Below are positions 49,207 through 57,924 of a DNA stretch of 64,000 bases, piece after piece (position 1 is the stretch's first letter; every line of letters begins with the position of its first letter). Origin of the DNA: a virus. The translations under genes and the position numbers were made by a program. The stretch lies in IMG/VR virus record IMGVR_UViG_3300020404_000006; one strand, written 5' to 3'. The notes beneath the pieces were generated by a model. It made no database searches and was not told the DNA's origin. It was given only the letters and a program-made list of their open reading frames with translations.

Positions 49207-49910
49207 TTCTTGACCTCCATGTAATAAATGTCATCATACTGAACACTATTGAAGGTTGCAGTAATTCTCAAGCCAGCTTCCTCAACCATTGATCTAAATG
49301 TATCAGCACTAGATCCACCTGAGTGAAGTTGTAAACATATTGTACCATTATCTGAGAGTCTTGTCGATAGTTCATTAAACATATCTCTATGAGCATCCCA
49401 ATTTGCATCTAACAAAATTTCTGACAGGTGATTATCAAACAGGGGTGTCCCACCTAACTTACTCAAAGCTTTTATTGCATCTTCTTTACACTCAAAATGG
49501 GGAGGATTGCCTACAACTAGATCTATTTTGTGATCAGATAACACCGAACAAGTATCAGAATGATATATTGTTGTACGAGGAAAGACTCTTCTGTGATATA
49601 CAGTTTCTACATCTATAAGATCTAATCCATGTTTTATAAATGAATTCTCAGCAGTCTTCTTTGCTATCTCTACTGCTGGTTCAAATTTATCCAACAAAGT
49701 TAGTTGATCGCAAACATTAGCTGCCATCATTCCATAACCTATAAATCCAGGTCCACTACACCATTCCATGAGATGATGAACTCTGCCATAGTTTTCTAGA
49801 ACTAAGTTTAGATATTCTGGAAAGAAGTAATCTCCACCACCATTTGTTTCTGGCGTGTAGAAGATATCAGATCCATCTACTCTAAAAATATATTCAATCT
49901 TCGTCTTCAT
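49203..49910 (-). CDS. Class I SAM-dependent methyltransferase with NPP motif
   Basis: MEWCSGPGFIG (motif I), DLVVGNPPHF (motif IV). Confidence 0.85.
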   Translation of the reverse strand: MKTKIEYIFRVDGSDIFYTPETNGGGDYFFPEYLNLVLENYGRVHHLMEWCSGPGFIGYGMMAANVCDQLTLLDKFEPAVEIAKKTAENSFIKHGLDLIDVETVYHRRVFPRTTIYHSDTCSVLSDHKIDLVVGNPPHFECKEDAIKALSKLGGTPLFDNHLSEILLDANWDAHRDMFNELSTRLSDNGTICLQLHSGGSSADTFRSMVEEAGLRITATFNSVQYDDIYYMEVKK

Positions 49911-50118
49911 CTATGACTTCCATTTCTAATTCATGAACTTGATCATGAAATACTTTATGCTCTCCGATACGATAGAGGTGTTTCAACTCTCCATCCTTAT
50001 CTTCTTCTTCTCCCAAGTATTCAATATCAGGACAACTATGTTCACGCAACCACGCTTGCAGTCTGTGGTGCATTAGATCCGCTTTGCCTATCGACAGTTT
50101 TTCCATTTTCTTCTCCAT
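49894..50118 (-). CDS. Hypothetical protein
   Basis: Small acidic ORF, DLMHHRLQAWLRE; probable start near 50118. Confidence 0.55.
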   Translation of the reverse strand: MEKKMEKLSIGKADLMHHRLQAWLREHSCPDIEYLGEEEDKDGELKHLYRIGEHKVFHDQVHELEMEVIDEDED

Positions 50119-50881
50119 ATAGTGAGATAATATCACTCCTAGTCAGATAGTAAGCGCCAGGGTGAGTTACTGTAATTGCAGCGGCTTTATTTGCCAGTTC
50201 AATGGCCTTCCGCATATTTTTTGTTCTTAAAAATTCATAGACTAACGCTGATAGAAATGTATCTCCAGCACCACATACGTCAAAAACTTTTACAGGGTCG
50301 GGTTTAAATATGGTATTATTCCACATTGCGCCATCAGACCCAAGAGTAACGATAAGGTTACTGCTGTCAGGTACACTTTCTGGTACAAGGTCATCGTATT
50401 CTTTCTTGTTTATTTTCCAGAATACATTATCTTTGTTGAAAAGTCTACGCTTCTTTGTATCCACGAACACAGGTCTGTTAAAATTGTGACATAGATGCCA
50501 CAAATCTTCATCGTTAATGTATCCTTTGTCATAATCTGATATAACAATCGCATCAGGGTTCATGTGCATCAACGCCATTTTCAATTCTGCATTTGCAATT
50601 CTACTCACCTTTGGAGTTTCATCTAAACGCAATAACTGATAGCCACTGTTAGTATCTACAAATCTTGTTTTGGTTATAGGTTCTCTTTGTGAAAGCAGAA
50701 CAGTATTGATTCCAAATGCTTTGAGATTTAACTCAGTATTCCCTGCCATTCCAGGCTTTTCTTCAACCTTAGATTTGTCCAACACAGGTACAGGTTGTTC
50801 TGGACTCAACCTACTACATTCACCATAGATGTACTTGTCAGTACACTTATCACCTATAACAATTACGTTAAACTGTTGCAC
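50042..50881 (-). CDS. PfkB-family heptose-7-phosphate kinase (HldE N-terminal domain / HldA)
   Basis: RLSPEQPVPV, SDYDKG, VFVDTK, VTLGSDG, DVCGAGDTF. Confidence 0.88.
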   Translation of the reverse strand: MQQFNVIVIGDKCTDKYIYGECSRLSPEQPVPVLDKSKVEEKPGMAGNTELNLKAFGINTVLLSQREPITKTRFVDTNSGYQLLRLDETPKVSRIANAELKMALMHMNPDAIVISDYDKGYINDEDLWHLCHNFNRPVFVDTKKRRLFNKDNVFWKINKKEYDDLVPESVPDSSNLIVTLGSDGAMWNNTIFKPDPVKVFDVCGAGDTFLSALVYEFLRTKNMRKAIELANKAAAITVTHPGAYYLTRSDIISLYGEENGKTVDRQSGSNAPQTASVVA

Positions 50882-51270
50882 CTTACTTTTCTGATAATTT
50901 CGGTTGTTGAATAATTTAGGCGAGGTAGATACCTTATCTCTTTGGCAAATTGTCTGCCAACTACATCTCCACCTTTCCAGTCATCTCCTAACAATAGTAT
51001 ATCAGGAGAGTATAATTCTATCAACCCCTCCAATTCTGATCTATCGTTGAAGTAAAAAACTTCATCAATATATTTTATCGCTTGTAACATCGAAATTCTG
51101 TCACAAAGGTTATTGATGGGCTTAGTTTCACCCTTATCTTGACGTATCTTCTCATCCGTATCTGTTGCTACAATAAGTTTGTCTCCCAAAGATTTGCCTA
51201 CTTTAAATAATTCAATGTGGCCTGGATGCAAGATGTCGAAGGTTCCATTGCACCATACTATTTTATTCAT
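50863..51270 (-). CDS. Heptose-1-phosphate nucleotidyltransferase (HldE C-terminal domain / HldC)
   Basis: NGTFDILHPGHI, KGETKPIN...RISML, GDDW, YSTTEII. Confidence 0.85.
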   Translation of the reverse strand: MNKIVWCNGTFDILHPGHIELFKVGKSLGDKLIVATDTDEKIRQDKGETKPINNLCDRISMLQAIKYIDEVFYFNDRSELEGLIELYSPDILLLGDDWKGGDVVGRQFAKEIRYLPRLNYSTTEIIRKVRCNSLT

Positions 51271-52754
51271 TCTAATGTATCTAAATGTGTGATATATTGA
51301 CTCTGAATAACAGAGTTTGCTTGATTCTCACGCAAATCGTTATTTACAAAATTGAGAAATCTTGGGACTACGGTTAGGTCTTTTTTCCAATACTCTTTGG
51401 AGTTAATCTTATCTGTCATCAACTGTAACAACCATACATGCCAGTTAGTGCCATCAAAGAATGATCCTACCTTTCCTGTTTGAGGAGTTCTTATATTGGG
51501 ATCTTGAATATACTCCTCCATCAATTCTTGCATTGATGATTTCTTATATTTAGATCTAACATAATCCCAGAATTTACCTGTTCTACGGCAGTAAGAATAG
51601 TGCATATTGACATAATCTACTGCACTTTCATAACTACATTTCATCTTAGAATCATAGAAAGGTGCCTCTACTTTAGAATCAAAGTATCCACCAAAAAGAC
51701 TTTCTTCGAGATACTCCACACCTCTAATCATCAGTGCGAGTCCTGTACTTTCCAATGGTTCAATGAATCCAGCAGATAATCCAATAGGAATTACATTACC
51801 AACCCAAAAATTCTTGGCATATTGTGGTTTCCAATCAAGTAATCTCATTTCATCTGGTTTGATTCTACCATCCCAATGATCAGAGAACGCTTGTCTTACT
51901 TCATCTGGATCATTGATATCTCTATTGAAACAGTATCCTGTTCCTATTCTGGATCTTGTAGGAATCTTCCAAATCCAACCATGTTCTTGTGCAGGGCAAG
52001 CAGTATATGGATGTTGTTCTTTTCTATAATCTTCATACTTTACTCTACCAGCAAGAGCTGCATTGATATACAATCTGTCACTTAGATCGACATTATGTTG
52101 ACCAATAAGAAGTTGTTTCCAACCAGTGCAATCTATGAATATATCTCCAGTAATTTTTGATCCATCATCTAACACCAGTTCTTTTATATTTGACCTTGTT
52201 ATATCATCAGCATTGCCATCTCTGTAGATATCTACCACATCAGATTGGATATATTTGCAATAAGGTGTAGTATGTCTCATTAAAAATTGTACTAACTTTC
52301 CACAGTCAATTTGAAAGGCATAGGAATCATGTACATAATTGGTCTCAATCTTATTCTTCAAAGAAGAATTATACATTGGTGAGATATCTTTCAGATCATA
52401 TTTTTCTTGAAATGACTGCCATATATCATACAAAGGTGTTTTTGATTCACCTACGCTTGTGAACGAAAATGGATGCCAAATTTCTGCATCTTCATGTCCC
52501 CAGCCAGGAAATAGAATACCAGACTTAAATGTTGCATCTACTTCTTTCAACCAATCTGTAGGTTTGTATCCCATCATCTTCATGACATTTGGGAAACTAA
52601 GAAGAGTTGCTTCCCCCACACCAATTCTTTCTGGTTCGGACTTATCAATAATTACAACCTCAAAATGATTTGCCCATCTACGAGCAAACCAAGATGCAGT
52701 AATCCATCCAGCAGTTCCGCCGCCAACAATAACTAATCTTTTAATTCTTTTCAT
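51267..52754 (-). CDS. Flavin-dependent halogenase (tryptophan-halogenase family)
   Basis: GGGTAGW, IGVGEAT, ATFKSGI (catalytic Lys), GWIWKIP (WxWxIP), GFIEPLESTG. Confidence 0.9.
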   Translation of the reverse strand: MKRIKRLVIVGGGTAGWITASWFARRWANHFEVVIIDKSEPERIGVGEATLLSFPNVMKMMGYKPTDWLKEVDATFKSGILFPGWGHEDAEIWHPFSFTSVGESKTPLYDIWQSFQEKYDLKDISPMYNSSLKNKIETNYVHDSYAFQIDCGKLVQFLMRHTTPYCKYIQSDVVDIYRDGNADDITRSNIKELVLDDGSKITGDIFIDCTGWKQLLIGQHNVDLSDRLYINAALAGRVKYEDYRKEQHPYTACPAQEHGWIWKIPTRSRIGTGYCFNRDINDPDEVRQAFSDHWDGRIKPDEMRLLDWKPQYAKNFWVGNVIPIGLSAGFIEPLESTGLALMIRGVEYLEESLFGGYFDSKVEAPFYDSKMKCSYESAVDYVNMHYSYCRRTGKFWDYVRSKYKKSSMQELMEEYIQDPNIRTPQTGKVGSFFDGTNWHVWLLQLMTDKINSKEYWKKDLTVVPRFLNFVNNDLRENQANSVIQSQYITHLDTLE

Positions 52755-53218
52755 ATTAAGTTACCTGATAATACGCATCTACCATTATGATTACTAGGAG
52801 GGACGCAATGTGGGAGATCGTTATCCCATATCATACAAATACCTTGGTTAGGATACATTGTAGTCTGTTTACCTTTCATTGGATCTTCAGCAAAAATTAT
52901 TGATGAACTATTTTCTGGCACCTGTATGTAATAAACAAATGAGTATCTAAAATCTCCCATATGTAAATGCCATTTTATACCACCACCATCATAATACCAA
53001 ACTCCCCATATGTCTTCTAATATAGTATCTGTTGTCTCTTCTATCCACTTTATAAATCTTTGAACTGCTAGTGAACTTTCGATTCCTTTTACTATGTGAC
53101 AATTCTCAGATCTTTCTGCATAACTCTCTGCTACAGGAGAAGTAACATTAAGAATCGCCCCCATTAATTCAGTGTTATCTTCTTGATATGGGTATGCGTA
53201 TTCTTTTATTTCCCTCAT
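52751..53218 (-). CDS. Putative 2OG-Fe(II) oxygenase
   Basis: KWHLH, SFVYYI, LPHCV, RCVLSGNL; paralogous to 47439-47897. Confidence 0.7.
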   Translation of the reverse strand: MREIKEYAYPYQEDNTELMGAILNVTSPVAESYAERSENCHIVKGIESSLAVQRFIKWIEETTDTILEDIWGVWYYDGGGIKWHLHMGDFRYSFVYYIQVPENSSSIIFAEDPMKGKQTTMYPNQGICMIWDNDLPHCVPPSNHNGRCVLSGNLI

Positions 53219-55020
53219 CAGTTCTTTACTTCGATCATGAGACCATATTCAGGCAGATAGAGGTATTCTATCAAACTGTTTGCAAGAGTCCTTAGAGCGT
53301 CGTCTAGGGTCTCCACAAGAGGTTCTCCGCCTAGGTTGAACGATGTGTTGAAGATAATAGGGCATCCTGTCTTCTCGTAGAAGGTATTGATTACATTATA
53401 GTAATTTGGATTTACTTCTTTGGTAACAGTCTGTATTCTACATGTATCATCAACATGAATAATTGCTGGAATCTTTTCTTTGATTCCGTCCTGACATTTA
53501 ACTGCATACATCATGAATGGAGTTTCATCCATACCACGAAGATCGAACCATTCATGAACATGTTCTTTGAGAATAGAACCAGCAAAAGGTCTGAAGTATT
53601 CACGACGTTTGATAGTATTGACATGATCTTTACCATCTGGATCTCTAGGATCATACATGATTGATCTATTACCCAATGCACGAGGACCTGCTTCTGACTT
53701 ACCTTGGAACATTGCAACAATATTTTTCTTCATAATCAAATCAACTACGTCTTCATCCGTTGCCTCAAAGATTCTAGTTGCATCATAATAGTTAGCAAGA
53801 TCTGTAATATATTCTGTATCGTATTCATACTTAGGTCCATAATATAGATCGGTAATGATGGGTTTTACCTCCTTATCTTGTGTCACTTTATGATAGTGCC
53901 AGTATGCAGCACCGATTGCAGTTCCAGCATCATTACTTACTGGTTCCACAAATAGATTAATACCTTCACCTTTTAATTGTTCAAGATACCAATAGTTTGC
54001 AACACAGTTCAATCCATATCCACCAGAGAGAACAACATTCTTTTCACCACTCATCTTAACTGCCTTACGAATCAAATCCAGAACCATCTGTTCTGATTCT
54101 ACTTGAATCGCATAAGCCATATCTCTACGATTATCTAACTTCGTAATATCTTTTACTGTGCTTGGATCTTGAGGTTCTCTCAATTCTGTAAATCTACCTT
54201 TGTTTACTATTGCTCCATTAGGATAGGTGGGTACAATAAGATCTCTATTGGTAGTAGTCCAATCACTCATACCATCATAGTCGGTGTAGATATCTGGTAT
54301 CTTTAAATTCTGTTGACCATATGGGAATAGTCCCATAGTTTTTCCAGCTTCAATCGGAGCCCATCCACAGTATTGTGTTACTGCTTCGTATGCCTTAACA
54401 ATTCCAGCAGAGTCATCTATAATCAATTCATGAGTGCCTTCTTCATCTTCTCTTTCAGATGGGAAATTAGGTATTTTTGCAGCACCCCAAGGACCTCTAC
54501 CTCCCTGATGTTTGTATAGAGTTTTGAATTTATCGGGATAGGCACAATTAATAATAGTTTCCAACTCCCATGTCATTTCCTGTTCACCATCAATCTGCAT
54601 AGGAATGAATGTCCCTGCACCGTCTACTATAACGGATACTGCACTCTTAAATCCAGATCTATAGAAAGCACAAGAAGCGTGAAGTTTGTGGTGAATATGA
54701 CTGTAATCTACAACTTGAGGATGTTTGTAAACATCTGCATTACGATCAATGAGACCTAGTTTTCTTGCAAGAGCAACGTAGACAGGTTCTCCTGTAAAGT
54801 CATTTCTCCCAGCTTCATCTAAAGGTTGCGTGTGTGCAACTACAAGATAATCAAGTGTATCGGTATAATCCAATATCTTAATCATGGAGGCAAAAGGACC
54901 TCCATCATATTTCTTTCTTGATAATCTCTCTTCTTCAATAGAGAAAACTAATTGTCCATCTTTCAGTAGGCATACACCAGAGTTGTGACCTCTAGCGATT
55001 GCAGCAATCCATTGTGTCAT
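53218..55020 (-). CDS. NodU/CmcH-family carbamoyltransferase (copy 2)
   Basis: GHNSG, IEEERLSR, HHKLHA, VDGAG, AGKTMGL, GPRALGNRSI, REYFRPFA, FNTSFN. Confidence 0.92.
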   Translation of the reverse strand: MTQWIAAIARGHNSGVCLLKDGQLVFSIEEERLSRKKYDGGPFASMIKILDYTDTLDYLVVAHTQPLDEAGRNDFTGEPVYVALARKLGLIDRNADVYKHPQVVDYSHIHHKLHASCAFYRSGFKSAVSVIVDGAGTFIPMQIDGEQEMTWELETIINCAYPDKFKTLYKHQGGRGPWGAAKIPNFPSEREDEEGTHELIIDDSAGIVKAYEAVTQYCGWAPIEAGKTMGLFPYGQQNLKIPDIYTDYDGMSDWTTTNRDLIVPTYPNGAIVNKGRFTELREPQDPSTVKDITKLDNRRDMAYAIQVESEQMVLDLIRKAVKMSGEKNVVLSGGYGLNCVANYWYLEQLKGEGINLFVEPVSNDAGTAIGAAYWHYHKVTQDKEVKPIITDLYYGPKYEYDTEYITDLANYYDATRIFEATDEDVVDLIMKKNIVAMFQGKSEAGPRALGNRSIMYDPRDPDGKDHVNTIKRREYFRPFAGSILKEHVHEWFDLRGMDETPFMMYAVKCQDGIKEKIPAIIHVDDTCRIQTVTKEVNPNYYNVINTFYEKTGCPIIFNTSFNLGGEPLVETLDDALRTLANSLIEYLYLPEYGLMIEVKN

Positions 55021-55024
55021 AATC

Positions 55025-56311
55025 TCAATCTTTCTTTTCTATAGTAATTGCGTTATCTTTATCGGATTTTAACAGATTTTTAATTTCAGATTGGAAACCT
55101 TTCTTATTCTTTGGTTTTTTTGGTTTTTGTGGTTCCATAGTAAAGGTAGGTTTAGGAGCACCACTCATCAAAGGATTAGTTGTTTGTGTTGCAGAAGGAT
55201 TCCAATTTGGAGGTGAACAAGATTGTCCCTGATTTGGAATTAAGTTATTTAAACCTGATTGCATTGGTGATGCAATTCCTTGTCCCATCTGTGGTTGCGT
55301 TGGTGCTTGTTGTTGAGGTGAACAAGATTGTCCCTGCTGTTGTGGGGGAACGTAAGTACCAGTATATGATTTTGGTTTACCTAATCTCTTCTTACAAGAT
55401 GCAATGATTTCATCAATCTGTTTCTTACTTAGTTCCATCGCTTCATCATTGAAACGATCTACTCTCTCATCCATTGCAATTCTGATAGGAGCATACTCTC
55501 TACGACCATCTCCCACATCAATAATATCAAAGTCCTTGTGGCCTGGATAACTAATGTTCTCTGGGTATGTTGAACCAATCACAACAGTTGCAGTCTTATC
55601 AAATGCTCTTGCAATGTGTTGACCCATACTGTCACATCCTAAGAAGTGATCAGCAATCTCAATCACACCAGCCCAAACTCTCATATCTGAAATTTGAGGT
55701 CTAGCAATAGGATATTTGTCTTCATTTTCCTCGGTTGGGAAATGAATCTCACTCATCACAATCACTCCATAGTCTTTCTTAAGAGCGTTGATGATATCTA
55801 CAACTCCTGTAAGAGCCATACTTCTGGAAGTTGGATCTGCAATAAACTCTCCCATCTGTTCAACAGATCTACCAAAAGGTTGAACAACAATTACTTTGTC
55901 TTTTTTAGTAACAGATTTGATTTCTTCAACGATATTATAGGCAGCAATACTCTCTGTTTTATTGAGATGAATTGTAGGTTTAGGAAGTTCTCTGGGTTCT
56001 TCTAACCCATTGATTTCCATATCATATGCTTGTGCTAGATTGCACTTCTGATTGTAATAGTGCCATACTCTGTATGGTTCTGGACTCTCGCAATCCCTTT
56101 GTTTAACGTGTTCTTGGAATACTCCTTTATGCCAGTGGTCGTAAACCCTACTATCTAATGTAGGATGCCCTTTGAAGAAATCAGTACCACCTTCACAAAT
56201 GATGACAAAATCATCATGAGTTTCTGCATATTTTTCAAATGCTGGTATTGAACTTATTACTCTCCCTGCCCCACCATTGACGAAGAATGCTTTTGATCTC
56301 ATAGTTCTCAT
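55025..56311 (-). CDS. GT9-like (ADP-heptose heptosyltransferase-type) glycosyltransferase with Q/P-rich C-terminal tail
   Basis: GGAGRVISSIPAF (cf. GD-l---P), IVVQPFG, and ADHFLGCDSMGQHIARAFDKTATVVIGST (cf. GT9 DSG--H-A-A------lfGpT). Confidence 0.65.
   Translation of the reverse strand: MRTMRSKAFFVNGGAGRVISSIPAFEKYAETHDDFVIICEGGTDFFKGHPTLDSRVYDHWHKGVFQEHVKQRDCESPEPYRVWHYYNQKCNLAQAYDMEINGLEEPRELPKPTIHLNKTESIAAYNIVEEIKSVTKKDKVIVVQPFGRSVEQMGEFIADPTSRSMALTGVVDIINALKKDYGVIVMSEIHFPTEENEDKYPIARPQISDMRVWAGVIEIADHFLGCDSMGQHIARAFDKTATVVIGSTYPENISYPGHKDFDIIDVGDGRREYAPIRIAMDERVDRFNDEAMELSKKQIDEIIASCKKRLGKPKSYTGTYVPPQQQGQSCSPQQQAPTQPQMGQGIASPMQSGLNNLIPNQGQSCSPPNWNPSATQTTNPLMSGAPKPTFTMEPQKPKKPKNKKGFQSEIKNLLKSDKDNAITIEKKD
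55210..55336. repeat. Exact 22-nt direct repeat (55210-55231 and 55315-55336) encoding QGQSCSP twice
   Basis: GAGGTGAACAAGATTGTCCCTG occurs twice, 105 nt apart, in frame. Confidence 0.9.
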
Positions 56312-56329
56312 AATTCCTATAGTATATAG

Positions 56330-56989
56330 TCACATAAAAAATACCTGTGCCAGACGAGGATATTCCTTGAACATCTTTCGATTTATGTCTGCTCCGTGGG
56401 TACATTCAGCTTCATACATTACCATTCTATTATATTTCATTGGACATGTAAATGTTATATCATTTCTTATGTTGTAATCCCCATAAGCATGATCTTCCAT
56501 ATATTTGTAAAAATCTGTTCCTCCCTCAGATTCCTCATCCTTGTTCAGATAAACTAGAGCAGCCCAACTGGAATCTGCATCTTTATGGTGAGTAAAACAA
56601 TAAACTGTTTTATTGAATCTTTCGTTTATATCTTTATTAGTTGTATGATTGACCCAGAACTTTTGACTGTCCCATCTATAATCAAACATTCCCTCACTAA
56701 ATTGCAGATTTGTCCACTCTGGATGTTGGCAGAGTTCTTTGAAAACTGGTTTCAGATTCTCAACCATGTCTGGCCTATCTTCAACAACTCTCGTTCCTAT
56801 AAGACCGCCACAATGTTCTTTGTCACTTTTTCTATCACACGATAACGCATAATCCCTGACTTCATCAGGATTTTTGTAGAAATCATCTACTACAAATACC
56901 TTTCTCCACTTGTAACCAGAGTCATTATATCTGTCGTAGTCGTAGCATCTTTTTATTTCAGTAATTGTGACTGGATTTACTTCAAACAT
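56330..56989 (-). CDS. DUF6445-like 2OG-Fe(II) oxygenase (paralogue of 45974-46660)
   Basis: VVDDFYKNPDEVR, HHKD, WAALVYLN, GGTDFY, MKYNRMVMY...HGA. Confidence 0.75.
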   Translation of the reverse strand: MFEVNPVTITEIKRCYDYDRYNDSGYKWRKVFVVDDFYKNPDEVRDYALSCDRKSDKEHCGGLIGTRVVEDRPDMVENLKPVFKELCQHPEWTNLQFSEGMFDYRWDSQKFWVNHTTNKDINERFNKTVYCFTHHKDADSSWAALVYLNKDEESEGGTDFYKYMEDHAYGDYNIRNDITFTCPMKYNRMVMYEAECTHGADINRKMFKEYPRLAQVFFM

Positions 56990-56994
56990 GTAAT

Positions 56995-57023
56995 AAAAAA
57001 GATCCCCTTATTAGGAGGATCTT
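56995..57023 (-). terminator. Rho-independent terminator after tail chaperone
   Basis: AAGATCCTCCT-AATA-AGGGGATCTT followed by a T run. Confidence 0.75.
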
Positions 57024-57051
57024 AGTGATGTAATTTATATATAAAACTAAT

Positions 57052-57837
57052 TTAGATAGAATTAGGTGGTTCCCATGCTTGTCCAGTTTCTGAATCAGGG
57101 TCTCCTTGGTGAGGAGGATTTTGGAATCCAGGCTCAAAGGGGAACATCAAGTCAGCGAAGTTAGGATGAACGCCAGCAGCAATCATTTTGTTAGGAAGAT
57201 CTCTCAATGACTGACGGTATGCTTTCCACTGATCTTTAAGTGCATCGGGCATATCTTCTGCAATCTGGCCGTCACTATTAGAAAGAACACTGTCTCTATG
57301 CTTTCTGACATGTTCCCATGTCTTGTCCTCATCAGTACCGTTTAACTTCTCTCTAGGAGTGAATTGACCGATAGTAATGTCATCAGGTCCAGCACTGCCA
57401 GGATTTGCAACTCTGATAGTATCCCAGTTGTAGATGTCATCAGGGAAGAGTGTTGAAGAATATGTGAACTGAGGATACACACCTCCATCTACATCTGGAG
57501 AGCCAGGATGGTTGAGATCTGTACCAGCACCTCTGTCTTCTTCTTTCTCGTTTACAACGGGTCCTCTTAACTGACAGATGAGTGTGTGTAGATCAGATCT
57601 AGCACAATCAACTTCATACCACTGAACTACGTCAGCTGGTTTTGGACGACCATCTGCGATGTCATCTTCTGTGAGAGGTCCGTATACCTCTTTTCCTTCT
57701 GCATTGATTTGCAGAAAAATCTTGTCGGGACCATCATAAGTTTGGTCTCTCTGGTTTCCATCAGACATAGAGTGGTCTGAAAGGAAAGCGTTCGGAAGAT
57801 TTAACTTCCACTGTCTTTCGATAATTTTTGTTGCCAT
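57052..57837 (-). CDS. Tail-fibre assembly chaperone-like protein
   Basis: C-terminal WEHVRKHRDSVLSNSD...WKAYRQSLRDLP...FP pattern. Confidence 0.75.
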   Translation of the reverse strand: MATKIIERQWKLNLPNAFLSDHSMSDGNQRDQTYDGPDKIFLQINAEGKEVYGPLTEDDIADGRPKPADVVQWYEVDCARSDLHTLICQLRGPVVNEKEEDRGAGTDLNHPGSPDVDGGVYPQFTYSSTLFPDDIYNWDTIRVANPGSAGPDDITIGQFTPREKLNGTDEDKTWEHVRKHRDSVLSNSDGQIAEDMPDALKDQWKAYRQSLRDLPNKMIAAGVHPNFADLMFPFEPGFQNPPHQGDPDSETGQAWEPPNSI

Positions 57838-57869
57838 TTTGGATTTCTTCGGGTTTACTCCTTCGGGAC

Positions 57870-57877
57870 TATTTATA
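57870..57877 (-). promoter_or_regulatory. T4-type late promoter TATAAATA
   Basis: Exact consensus upstream of the chaperone, abutting a terminator. Confidence 0.75.
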
Positions 57878-57904
57878 AAAAAAGAGGGTCTATGACCCCC
57901 TTTT
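57877..57904 (-). terminator. Rho-independent terminator after the Cys-rich triplet
   Basis: GGGGGTC-ATA-GACCCTC followed by T7. Confidence 0.75.
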
Positions 57905-57924
57905 GAAAAATTTTCTTGTTCGGT

